From Klebsormidium nitens (Eukaryota > Plantae > Klebsormidiophyceae), in NCBI GenBank assembly GCA_000708835.1, contig DF237520.1, positions 1 to 57,085 of the forward strand: 57,085 nt of DNA, read 5' to 3'. How positions within the stretch are numbered: position 1 is the stretch's first letter; each line of letters begins with the position of its first letter. Positions 38,811 through 50,809 of the stretch are shown here, piece after piece. The notes below the pieces were generated by a model. The model had not been told where the DNA came from. It did not search any database and was given only the letters and a program-made list of their open reading frames with translations. Both the position numbers and the translations under genes were made by a program.

Positions 38811-40229
38811 ACCCGCTATACGCCCTTACAATTTCTGCGGTTAGGATGTCTAGCTCAGTGGCTGGCCTTGATAAGCCGAGGTAGAATTGACGCTTCCAAT
38901 GATTTGCTACCTGCGAATTTTCGAGCGCAAAAATCATGATTGCTTTTCACCTCTTTTGGAGTATATGGTTGGGCTCTTGATGCCTCTGTGTCTCAAGCTC
39001 GCACTTTTGTTTGAAAGGTGGATTAAAATGACGTGCCAACAGTGGGCTTCGACGCTTCGTTTGCCCCTCGCTCCCATTGAAGGCCTCGTGATGTACTCCG
39101 AGCCCAGCTTCATAAAAGTACATTATTTTTGTGCCAACTTCGCAGCAGTTAGCAGGCTTAAACAATCTGTACGTGATCACATGAAGCCGCGCCCAAATCT
39201 TTTCTTACCCACTTATTATCATGAAAGATTGGGGCGGCAGTCTCGTCTTTTGCCTTTCGAACAAACTTTCTGCCTGGCTGTTTTGCGCCTTCAACGGTAG
39301 GACGGCATCAAAGACCAGTCTCCTCGGCAGCCGGAAGTCAGAAAGATTGTACAACAACATTGGTCGCTCTTTTTGGCCACACGTCGAGGCTGTCCCGGCG
39401 ACCGTGACAGCTCTCCTGCCGCCTGGCAACCGCCAGCATAATCCCAGGCGCGGTGGGTTGCTAAAAGAAACGCGTCGGAAAAACGAAAGTCTTTTGTGGG
39501 CAGGTATGGTTCACTGTTTGGGTGATCGTCTTGCCGCACCGCACGTAAGCGAATCTGGTCACAAGCAAAGAAGAACTGTTGCTGACGTACGAACTTGTCA
39601 GTGCTGCGGTGCGAGTTCTGAGCCGGAACGTATGTGTTTCTAGCGGCTTTCGAAGAGTCTTTTGAAGGTGTTTTGGAAAAAGGTCAGCCCGTAATCCATT
39701 GGACGCCAGCTGTGTACAAATACATTCTGTTCCTCTTTCTGCCCATCTTCTCTGTATCTTACGTATCTAGCTATTCGTTACAGGACCTCTTTCGGAAAAG
39801 TGGTTCTACGAGCTGGAGACAAGTAGATCCTTCAGTCAGGATGGCCGTACATGATGGCAGGACTGAAATGAACCATTGCGGATTTGACTGCTTGCCGCTT
39901 TTTCCTAGCTTTCATTAAGGCTGGAAGGCTTCGATCAGTTGACGAGCTTTTGCGATGGCGCAGGCCCGTTCGTTTTCTTTCAACTCTTCACTTCGTTACA
40001 CCACGCGCTATTCGTCCTTAGCTCTGGGCAGCCGTAAAGTTCAAATTCCGCTTTTGCATCCGAGACGCATGTGCTGACGTAGACTTACCTTGTCATTCGG
40101 CTTGTTATTCTGTTGACGTTGGCTACGTTACCAAGCAATCAAGGAAGGTTGATAGACTTTTCTAACGTTTTTTGGCTCCTTTACATGCTCAACTTCGGAA
40201 ATGAACATTCTGCTCTCGCATTATATTGT

Positions 40230-42000
40230 AAGTCAAGATGGGTCCAGGTCTTAAAGATAGGGCGCGCGTCCGCAGGCAATGAAACACTCGGAGGGGCTGA
40301 AGCAGAATCCGCCTCACTTTCTCTACGTCGTGCTCATACATGATCGCTGAGCCAAGCGTCCGGTCGTGACCATGGGCCTTTGCACACAGAGCGGGTGTTG
40401 CTAGTTTTGAGCGGTAGTATAGCAGGGGTCGCGGCGGTACCGTCGCCAAGAAAACACCGTGGGTGTTGGTTCCAATTCGCCGACTAAAGGGTCATAAGTC
40501 AGCAAAAACACCGGGGTTTCAAATCGTCACCACGCTTTGGAGCGTGGTGAACTTTTGCGATCACAATTTGACCGTCGCACGGGACCACTTTTGGGTGCGG
40601 AAAGGTACCTCCCGAAGTTGCTAGCGATTTGGGCAAAACAACACCTTCGGTTCTCGGCGAATTGTCCAAAACAACACCCGACCTGTGTGCAAAGGCCCCA
40701 TGCACCCCTACTTTTTGGAATCGCGCAATCTCCGTGTCAGACTGAACAGGAGGATTGCCGCTCTATTGCAAAACGGTTCCAGCGCTGCGGTAAGTGGAAA
40801 AGCGTCAGTGCTTGCGCAGATGTTTATTCATTCTAACGAACCCTGACAAGCTCGTTGCGGCCTAGTCCCAAATCCAGTCGTGCAAGAGCTTCGACTCCCA
40901 GTCTTTCTCGTTGGCATTCATAGTGAGACGCTGCACTAGAAATGCAGATCTCCTGTCAGTCGCTGTTGCCGATTTGGTTTCCAAACGTCCTTCTTTAGCC
41001 TGCTGTGAAGTTGGATCTCACAACATGACCCTTGCTTTCAAACCGGCCATGATAAGGTTCAAAGCTTCACAGGTGTTCGCACAATAGAGCTGGGCACCCA
41101 CTGTCGTGGACAGTTCCACTCTGGAAGCTTTCCTCAAACTGTCTCCTATTACTGTCATGAAGTCGCCCAGTATAAAAATTTGAGTTGTGAGTCTCGTCTT
41201 ATCCGCCCCGCACACCAGGGCTCTGCTACACCCCTGTGGCATTTGCTAGCGTCCTTTACCATATTGTAAAGATCGAAACAAAGATTCTGCGGTGGATCTC
41301 TTGAGTGCACTTTTTTTGAGGTGCTCCTGGCGCTTTACAATGGTTTTGCGCCTGCCCAGAAACCCTTCCTCCGTTGCATGTCTTCTAAAATATTGACGAA
41401 AATTCTTGAAGCCTTTTCTACTAATATATCTCACGGCCGCAGGGACCTGCAGTGACTCCTTGCGCTGCTGTTCTTCGGACGGTGCGTTTAGCGCACCGCA
41501 AAAATTGAACTGCAGATGCACACAATCTGCCGCTTTCTTAGAATCAAACGGGGTAGTCCCTCCACGTCCGAATGCTCTTGGATCGAGTTTTTCCAAACAA
41601 GGATTGTCGAGCGTGCGACTTACTCAGTCTAATCGTTAACAATATGTAACCTCCCTGTTCGTGATGAATTGTGGCTTGGCTATGATGAGCGGGGCGCCTG
41701 GCGAGCGGAAAATGCGGCCAGATATCTTCGAAGCAACCGAAGCCGGGGAGGTGGTTCTGTTTTAGTCGTGGACATACAAACAGATCGAGAGGCCCGCCGT
41801 GCGGGCCGTACATAGACGAAGCAGCTCAACTAGCATCTGTCCGACCCACTTAAAAACACTGGTACGTGATTGTTCGAGCGATGTAGCTAGCACAGGACCT
41901 AGGTTCCTCGATACCAGAACACTGGGCTTTACCTCTACCAGTCCGCTTGCTAGCTTTTGAGTGTCGTCTTTCCAATTGTGCTTCTGATATCGCACTCACG
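40230..42000 (-). pseudogene. Family-1 remnant U12 (divergent)
   Basis: SASAPPSVSLPA at ~40280; GAQLYC at ~41085 (cf. GQLFWC); LARRPAHHSQA at ~41680 (15-mer identical to U6); EVKPSVLV at ~41920. Confidence 0.55.
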
Positions 42001-43309
42001 CTGTATGTGCATATCACGAGCAAGGCCGTGAATCCAGGCGAAATGAGCTCCCGGCTCAAGCTGCATTGCAAATGCCTGTTATATGAAGCCGTAAATGCAC
42101 AACTTGGATCAATAACAGTTCCAAGGGTTGCGAAAGGCAGAACGTCAACTCGCATCGGTGCAACTTTTTTGATTCTGTAGAGTACAAGCTGGAGGCGTTT
42201 TTACCTTCCGTGATTAGAGAAGTTTGCTTTTCCTTGCAATCTGACCACGCGCCATTGCTTAGTCATCATGTGTGAACCTCAAGGGACGTACGTAAGGAAG
42301 AGTGCTCAAGCCTGCGCAGTGTTGTTGCGTGCATGGCTTGCCGAGTGCCACTGCAGAACGGTCGGACTCCTGTACTTAGAAAGCGCTTCTCCTAGTAGCG
42401 TTTGGATGGAAGCCTAGCGCGTACAATGAACCCGGAAATATAAGTACGACAAACGGACGGAAACATCTTAAGGCCCGTATTCATCGAAGTTCTGATTCGT
42501 TGAAATCGTTGGTTCGTCGAGCTGCTTTCCTCGTTCTTCGACTTCTTCTGCTGTGTCCCTGGCCCCGCTTGCTCATGATGCTCAACTCAAGGTTCGGATT
42601 CGTGGCGGGTCCGGTAGTGATAATCGGAGCAAGCTTTCATCAGGTTCTCGCATCAGATTTGTGGCGACACGCGAGTTAAAAGAGCTGCTTCTGGAGTAAT
42701 CCTATATAGCCTCCCCGGCATCGCACTACCTATGTTTACGCTTTTCTGAGGCACGGCTTGATTGTGATCTCGTGCCTTCCAATAAGGAGAGTTCTTCTTT
42801 GGAGCTGCCGAGCCAACGATGACAAAGCGCGCAGTTTCGAGGAAGCCGATATAAACCCTGGTTTGGCCCTTTTGCTTTCCTCACGCTCTCCAATGTTTAA
42901 GTCGAGAAACACGGCGGATTACATGCGTTGATCCAGCAACGTGAAACCCGCGGATGTGCTTTATATCTTGTTGCACAGTCAGGTTTTAGTCACATGTGGG
43001 CAGTCCGAATCACGCTTGCATCGACCTCTTGGTCAGTAATACCAACCGACCACAGCAATATTAGACAGTCCCGCGTCCGCTGCCAGTGTAGATTGCCGCC
43101 CGTCTTGCCTTATGTGCCCAGACCTTGCTTAAAGAATGTTCGAAATTTGAAAATGATTTAGCTCGCCACCGAGACAAAGCGGAGAAACCCGGCGGGTCTC
43201 CGATTGCAGGGTCTTAAGCTGGTGTCACGCAACGTTTGGGAACACACGTGGCGTGCCGGGTTTGTTTAATTGCACGAACTTACGTTTTATGGATCTTGCT
43301 GTATGTGAA

Positions 43310-43385
43310 TTTTAGGGTTTTAGGATTTTTAGGGTTTTAGGGTTTTAGGGTTTTAGGGGTTTAAAACCCGAAAACCCTAAAACCC
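43310..43385. repeat. Interstitial telomeric repeat, inverted: ~6 x TTTTAGGG followed by ~2-3 x (AAAA)CCC(T/G)
   Basis: ttttagggttttaggatttttagggttttagggttttagggttttagggg-ttt-aaaacccgaaaaccctaaaaccc read directly from the sequence. Confidence 0.9.
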
Positions 43386-43389
43386 TTGG

Positions 43390-46300
43390 AAGCTGGCCAT
43401 GAAAGATCAATATACTGAGGACTAACATTCTTCAGCACGATGGTAGCAGATACCTGACGCCGGAAGAATTCGCGTGAATCTGACTTCTCCAAACAACGTC
43501 TGAATGGGCTCGGAAGGCGCGTACCTGTGTCACGCCTGGTCTCAGGGACAGTGATCTGGAATCAACTTTCAATTGTAGAGTGCCAAAAAATTTGTCCATT
43601 TGATGGTGACTCGTTTTTGGTTGTACTGCCGATATTTAGACATGCAGATGCTTCTCTGTCGTCCTTGTCACGGAGCTTTTGCGTGGGCGCCTTCGGATCC
43701 GTTCCTCCCTCAGTCATCAACCTTCGGCTGCACCAGATTATCTACTGTCCTTGATCATTCCACTTTGTGCCACTTCGCCTGTCTTCAATCTGCTAAACAA
43801 ATAATATTTGCTTGATGACGTAAAAAACGCCTCGAAGTTCAGTGTCCAACGCTGCAGATGTCTAAGTTGTCCTCTGTGCTGGACATTATAATGGAGGCGA
43901 TGACGTCGAACGTGCCCTTTGCAAATTCGGCACTTGAAAGATTGCGTTTTAAAAGTTGCTTTTTGTTTATGTCCAAGGCACTGTCTGGCTGTGAAAGACA
44001 AAGGGAGTCTGTCGGCACTTCGGCCGATCATGGCTTGTTCGTGGGCTTTGTTGAGCCAGAGCCTGAATTCTTGCGTTGTCACGTTGTCTTGAACTAGCTG
44101 TGGATGTCATTGTATGCATTCACTCAGAGTCTTCATAGAAAAAAGTGCAGACGACCACGCAAATGGCCTGCCCACATCTTTTGTCCTTGGCACCGCGTCG
44201 AGTCAGAAGTTTCTGTGGCGCTTTGTTTTTCCGCCTGCCGAGCCCGCGGTGTTTTCCAAATCCATGGACAGATCATTTTGGAGCATTAAAGGCAGCTACT
44301 TAAGGTTACCCCCGCTTGAATTTCTGTTCATCATGTCATGTGTAAATTTTCTTCCCCGTGCATTATTATCCTTCGCGCTGACGCCAGTTCCCGGGGACTT
44401 CAATGTCTGTGCTGGCGCTTGAACGTGCCAGATAAAACGCATTGCCAGATGGGGAGCTCTTGCATGAAGTTTTCTGCTTGCATTATCATTGTAGCAAAGG
44501 AGCAATCGGTACGAGTTTCGCTGCTTTGCGCAATCGCATGTTAGGCGCAAGGTCGTCCTGGCAAGACGGATTTTATCTTCATAAGGTCTCGATGTTGGAT
44601 AAAGTGCCGCAACATTACCAAATGGGCAAATGAAGCAGCGTTCGGAACGCTCGGATGCACCCGGTTTGACGCGCATGATTCGCAATCGTTCCCTTGATTC
44701 CAGAGCTTGTTCTAGGTCCTTCTTGCGGTATGTAGTCTTAACTAGCTACCTGGCTATAAAAGGACAATAGAGCAAAGAGGGGCATTGGACGCCTCATTGC
44801 TTGTTCGTTGTTTTTAGTCTCTGGAGCCTGTCACAAGGTTGCGACTCGGAAGTCCTTGAGTTTATTGTACGCCCTTCCTGCACTCTGGATCCTGAATTGG
44901 CTGGCAATGAGAGGACATGCAACAGATTGGGGTGTCATATACTTGACGCCTCATCTGTTCCTGGCCATGAATCTCTGGAGCCAGAAGAGCGTGCGTGCAG
45001 ATTAAGTGTCACAGTTCCGATGATTTATGGAAAGTGGGCGTCCAGCTGGGACGTACCCGTAATGCCTGACGTCACATGGCGAGATCAAACCATCCTGTTA
45101 CCAAAAAGTCGGGAATCGGAGTTCGTGCCCAGAGCACTGGGCCTGTTAAAAGTGGCCGGGTGATGACGTTGCGTAGACGCGGGCCTCTTCTAGATCTTGT
45201 TTTTGTGTCGTCCTTTGGTTGAAGTGAGTAGAGTCGTACCTTAGGTGTATGGGCGCACACCGGAGGAGCATCTAGACTATTTTCGGCGCTTTGTTCTCTT
45301 TCACTGCCATCGCGCCTGATTCGAATCGGGTTCGGCGACCCGTAAGCGCTGTTCTTTTGGGATTTCTCGTCCTAAATCTCGTCACCATTTACTTGTCAGT
45401 TCGGGGGCCGACCACGGAATCCGATCGCGTTTGGCCGTTCTCTCGTGTTCTTCCTTGCATCCTCAACCACCGCCTTGTTTCTGCTTCGCTATTTCCTTGG
45501 TGTCTCTTCTTTTGGGCATCCTTATTTCTTCGACTTCTTAGATTTGCAGGAACCGCGCCGTTTGAATCGCGTCAATCTTCTGCTCGATTCAACGAATAAG
45601 TTTTCTGTTTTGAACAATATGCCGTTTAAACCCAAATACTACACGTCCATATTTCAGCAACAGGATCGAAGAATGTTTCCCAGGCCTTTGAAAGGTGCGT
45701 GGGTCCAGCCGTGCCTTTGTAGCAGCAGCCATGTATCGTCTGGTCTCCAAAGCCGGCTTTCCCTCTGAGCGAAGTGACGCTAATTAGAAACCGTTTGAGC
45801 TTGCCGCCAAACAATTACGAGAAAGGTTGGAAGATTTGGTGTTAATGGGCCCCCGATTGTCTTCAGCGTCAAAAAGCCGCTTAAAGTCTTTTGATGCACC
45901 GAAAGCAGAGCTCCCCCGCTGGTTGTCCGTCATGAGGATCCGATGGTTCAGTGGGGCGGTTCAGGCCTCAGGAAGTCTGTAGTTGCCACCTTTAAGCCCT
46001 AGGAAAGCATTTTTCGGATCTCAGGATGGGGGCTTGTACGACGCTATATCCTTTGTTCAAACGCTTCGTTGTGAGGTGGTTCACGCTTTCGCGCCAATCT
46101 ATTGTGTAATCTTCGTTAACATTGTCTTGTGATAGGGTTTTCAAGCAAGAACAGCGACAACGCGCCGAGAGACTGTCTCGCGGGTGGGCACACTCAAGGC
46201 CGGCAAAACTTTGCTAGCACAGCTACATATTGATTGACAGGCTGCAACGATGGTTCTCACGCATCGTATTCAGCTCGAGCCGTTTGCTTGTCAATGCCTG

Positions 46301-46430
46301 AGAGGAGTGCGGGCCATGATTCACGGGCACTGACCGAAGCCTACACTCCAGAGTGATAGGAGTCGCCATGTTATATCGAGAGCCACGGTTCTCAATCAAT
46401 GCCCAAGTGCTTGATTCCATTCACTGCCCA
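43390..46430 (-). pseudogene. Family-1 fragments U13 (highly divergent)
   Basis: VPVNHGPH at 46309-46324 (16/17 nt match to U4); weaker blocks at ~43395 and ~44765. Confidence 0.4.
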
Positions 46431-47889
46431 CATATGATCTGTAGCCTACCACCAACTCGATTCGTTATAACGGTCGTCTACCGGGCCCAGTTTGAGTCTT
46501 AAAACCAGCCTTTGAAGTCCCCGAGCTGACTTTCAAATCGTAAGCGAGCCCATCCGTGGTTGCCCTACTTTGTAAGCATCAGAAAGAGATAAAATCTGGT
46601 TGCGAGAACAGAGAAAGCAGAGAGAAGAGCAGGATAAGAGCAGGATATGCTGGCCTGCTTTTGACTCCAGATGCTCTTTCGTTGTGGGTTCCAAATGACT
46701 GTATAGGTTTGTATGAAGCGTTACATTAGACCAGATACGCCTCTCACCGTCTTAATTTACTTGCCTTGACTGCGCTTGACTCTCGTTCTCTGAGAGCCTT
46801 CACTTGGTTTTATACAGGCGTCTCGGTGTCACCTCGACGGTGAAATGAAGCGGTCATCTTTGTTGCTGAAAGAGGCCCAAGCCCATGCCAGTCGTGCATA
46901 ATTGACGTTAATTTCCTCTCGTTTCCCTGCCGCGTTCAGATATTTCGCATATACATTTCTGGAGTTGCGAGACTTTTTGGATGTTGTCACTTCCTTACAT
47001 AGGGCATCCACTCTTGCCTAGCTTGTTTTGATTCAATGTGCTATTTGAATTCATTCAGTCTCAGTTCTTGCGAAGGCACTAGGCTGGCCATGAGAATTGA
47101 CTACGTGAGGCAGAATTAGTACGCTCACTTCTGCTGCGAGTCTCGTTTGAACCAGGGTTGCCGCTCCTCTTTGATTAGCTGTGACTGCAATCGATCGCGT
47201 AATCGGCTGCCCTAAGGGTGGGATGCGGGTTCTCGTAGAGGTGAAATTGCAGGTGCTCGCGCGTGATGTAGTCGGTGCTTATTTACCTGGGAACCACTTC
47301 AACCCTAGCTTGTTTAGGGAGAGCTTGTGTTCGATTCTCTCACTAGCGGCACCCTTTCATTGCAATCAGGAACTTACGGCAACAGTTCTTATTCCAGTTT
47401 CGCTCCGAGTCCTTGTCATCAAAGTGCATGCCACGCCAGCCTCCTTTCCTTTACGATCGTGCTACTTGTTTGATGTTTTTAATGTTCTTGCGTCACTCCA
47501 ATGACGGCAAGTCGGTGCTGGCCCTTGGTCGCGTCCGTGGAGGCCAACCCTTGCATTGCAGCAGCTTGACCGGATGGGCCGGAAGCTTTCTCTTTTCTGC
47601 TTGCCATTCCCCACCTTACAAATTAGCACCCCATGAGCGCGGGTGAAATCGAACAAGACCGTTTTGAGTTCAGGTGTTCGCTTGGTCCTTGTATGTTGAC
47701 GTAAGTCTGTTTGAAAACTGCATTCGATAAATGCACATGTTCTGTTTGCTCCCAGCAGCCCACTCCTCGACTCATTCCACGGCCGTTTGCTCCGTAATTG
47801 CTTTAAAAGTCGCATCGCAGATTGAGCGCTTAAGGATTTAATCATCCAATCCAGTGCTAACGAAGAAAATGCCGTGCGCTTCCTCAGAT

Positions 47890-49520
47890 TTTGGTAGTTG
47901 CCCAGTGCCCACGTCTGTCTTATTTCGTGCAGCCCAGGCTTGAATTGCCCGCGTGCACTGCGGCGGCTTCGACTTGCACGATCGAAGAAAGCCAAAGTTC
48001 TCTCGGCGTGCAAAATATACGTCAGATTGTCACAACAGAGCTCTTGAAACGGCAAAGAACCTTGCAGGTTTTGAGGCGGACTTCCTCACCATTCCGGCCA
48101 TAAATGATAGATGGTTTTGTGGAAATCTCGAAGAGGACCGCCTAATCGCTGTTTTCTTCTTCGCAAAGAAACGACGGCGCCCAAATTAGCCTCATGCAGA
48201 AGGCACGTACGTCTAGAAGATTGGGGCGCACCCCGAATCTCTTCGATCACGGGCTGTCTTCTGCAGCACACCAATGCTAGAGTTCTAGTTAAGGCGCGGC
48301 CGTGAATCTTGTCAAGATGCACACAGCAGATTCCTGAATCGACGGACTGAATTCCGCATAGGCGATGACACGACGATTAAAGGCGGGGCCGTGCTCGAGA
48401 CCAGATCGGTTCGAGCAGCATGGAAGAATACAAACCAGAAACTTTGGATATTGAGCCATGCAAATGGAGCCCTGTGGTTAATCCAATGAATCCAGGGCAG
48501 TCAAATGCAAGGAGTGTATATAAAAATGAATAAAAGCTGTAAATAATCAGAACGGAGGCATATGTTAGATCAGCTGGCCGACCTCTCGGCCTGGCAGCAT
48601 ATGCCAGGGAGTTCCCACCACTTACAGTGCATGGGTTTTCTTTCATATCCTCACGAAGTAGATAAGTGGGCGGTGACTTCTTACAAGTATAATTACTACG
48701 TAAGGCTTCTTCGAGCCCGATCTTTGAGGCCCTTGAAGCAGCAAACTCCCCCAACGAAGATTCTTGACGATTCCGCTCGTAAGGCAAGAGGTTGAAGTCA
48801 GCAGAAGCCTAGGCAAAGTTGGAGATTCATGAGGGTCTTTCAAAAATTTTAATGAGCTGTGAAGGACTCGGAAAGGTAGAGCGTTTGAGAAAATTACGCG
48901 TGCCAGACCGTGGCAGTGACTTCATGTTTTAAGATCTTGGTACCTTACTGAGAGCTGCTCCCAAGCGACCAGTAACTGTATCATAGCCACAGTTCCAATC
49001 GTCTCCGACTGACACTCGAATTGTGAATCTACCAAAGCTTCCACGAGCGCTTTTCAATGCACAAGCCCAAGGTGCAGGCAGCAAGGGACGAATGGTTCAT
49101 TCCTAAGCGACGCCTATGCATCCCTAACCTAGGTCCCTAACCTACATATCGACAAGTTTTGAACAGGATTCGCAAATGATCGATGCTTGGATTTTGTTGC
49201 TTGCGGTTCACCGACTAGAGTTCATCCTGCGTGAGGCGCTTAACTGAACCCAAATGAAATGATCGTTACCACTGGCGGCTGATGTCGGCTGGCAAGCGCC
49301 CAATACGTACGCTAAAATGAAAGTAAAGAAGAGGAGACCTAACGGTTTGTGCCCGCAAACCTCTGACTTAGAAGCGCTTGACTTTGGCAGCAGTGTGTAT
49401 AAATTCTTCGACGATCCTTATGAGCAGACTCTGCACACCAAGCTTTGCCAAAAGAGGAATCAGGCTTGACAATGTCCTCGGCCCGAACATTTTGCTGGGG
49501 CGAACAGTTGCTCCGCAATC
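47890..49520 (+). pseudogene. Family-2 remnant V1 (unknown protein)
   Basis: Plus-frame motifs VHCGGF, RQIVTTELLKR, DGAQISL, HHLQCMGF, PIFEAL and KGRAFE; gtgcactgcggcg at 47953 also at 54982; actgtatcatagcca at 48975 also at 55796. Confidence 0.65.
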
Positions 49521-50634
49521 CCGGCTTATCAAAGAAACGGGTCACCAAAAGAGTCCAATAAAACGGTGAAGGGACGCTGTTTAATCGCCTCCACAGGTCG
49601 TCGAGGACCACCATATGTGCAAACATCCAGAGGGGGAGAACGGAAGCGAGGTACAGCCGGAGCAAAGAGACCCACGAAAATTTTCGCGGCGCATACGTCG
49701 AGATCATTGAAAGTCTTTCTCAATGCAGAAATCAATGATAGTAAGACGACGGCGAGCCGGCTCAGAATGACTTCGAGTATGCGAAATACAATTGACGAAC
49801 AAATGATGGTCAGCATGCGTACCCTTTCTCGCCCCGCGATCAATGCAAAGCAGCGCCGTACGACCAGAAATCGTGTAAGTTAGCGGGGGATCCGTGCGAT
49901 CAAATCTGACCCTTTGCAAAGAAGAAAGAAAGCACTAAAACGAGCTACGATACAAAGATAGGCGTTGACAAACAGAACGCAGCGATACGAAATATTTTTG
50001 ACTCCAAGCCAAAGGCGACAACATCTGACCAGCTTCTGCTTGCATAGAAGAGGTGGCTGCGCTCATTGAGGAGTACAGAAACTGGATTCAAGCATGTCAC
50101 GCACTGATGTCGATCATGAGACCTCACTACTGAGTTACCAACGTACATGTCTGCGCCGGGAACAGGGAATCAGGATGTCATTCTAAGAGGACGTCTTTAA
50201 GCGCAACGGCCAGTACCTCGTCACTGTCATGAGTCGCTTCAGCGAACTCATTTGGGTCCAGATGGAACCCACCGCCTCCTTGTGTCATCCTAGCCCCAGG
50301 ATTCACGATGGACTTAAGAACGATAAGGTTTCCGTGAAGCGGACTTCTGCCGTATCTTCTTTCAAAGTCGCAGGCAGCGCGCCAAGAAGCCGGCAGCGCA
50401 AGGTAGATTCAATGAAGTAAGTCACTGGGGCCCATAAATGAAACCGGACATGAACCCACCACTGATAGAGAAAGAGACTGAAGAAGAGCGGGGTTTCGAA
50501 GTCGTTGCTGCACGGCAAACTGGTAAGGATGCTGAAGTTCATCTTTTCCATGCACAGCCCTCCGGCTGTCTTGGCGCGGTTTCGAAGACTAGTTACCTGA
50601 AATATGAACACTCTATTAAGAAATACAAGTTGAA

Positions 50635-50809
50635 CTAGGCGCAGGCGCTTAGAGCGCCCCAAGTCTCTCGCGCGCGACAGGTTGCGCGCCCAACCCCGCG
50701 GGCCAGCGCGCCCGACCGCGCACCTTCAGATTTGGCGCGCGCGCACAATCGCGCATGCGGCGGCGTCGGAGCCCAGAATCCTCTCGCGAGCGACTTTTGG
50801 AGCGCCTAG
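50635..50809. mobile_element. MITE-like 175-bp GC-rich element with terminal inverted repeats
   Basis: CTAGGCGC at 50635 and GCGCCTAG at 50802-50809; imperfect inner arms gcgccccaagtctctcgcg and cgcgagcgacttttggagcgc; GC far above the flanks. CTAG may be a target-site duplication. Confidence 0.5.

Larger units (their letters stand above)
7600..46430 (-). repeat. Decayed tandem array of family-1 gene remnants (~12-13 units, ~2-4 kb each)
   Basis: Recurrent collinear markers: ctagctgctggcccgtgt at 8731, 12413, 17391; cagctgagccgg at 20255, 22234, 25046; ctggccgtga at 9661, 18382, 20921, 22955; ggtcgcatgcccgtt at 13806, 19395, 21641; ggcccctggcggcatctaa at 13487, 32507; gcttggctatgatga at 23718, 41674; aacgctgccaccgcgcc at 26962, 35639; gcgggcc(c)atgattcac at 19444, 46309. 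Confidence 0.88.

Noticed and set aside
36781-47100. tggccatga at 36781, 43395 and ~47092 as a conserved start codon
   Set aside because: The ATGs open frames of only 7-9 codons, and the motif is the reverse complement of the family-1 NH(G) block.
47462-48055. 197-aa minus ORF with an LRR-looking LCCDNL stretch
   Set aside because: Comparison with the 55-kb copy shows synonymous changes in the plus frame, so this minus ORF is a shadow.
49121-49144. tccctaaccta duplicated, telomere-like
   Set aside because: Only two 11-mers and not the TTTTAGGG register; consistent with a chance local duplication.
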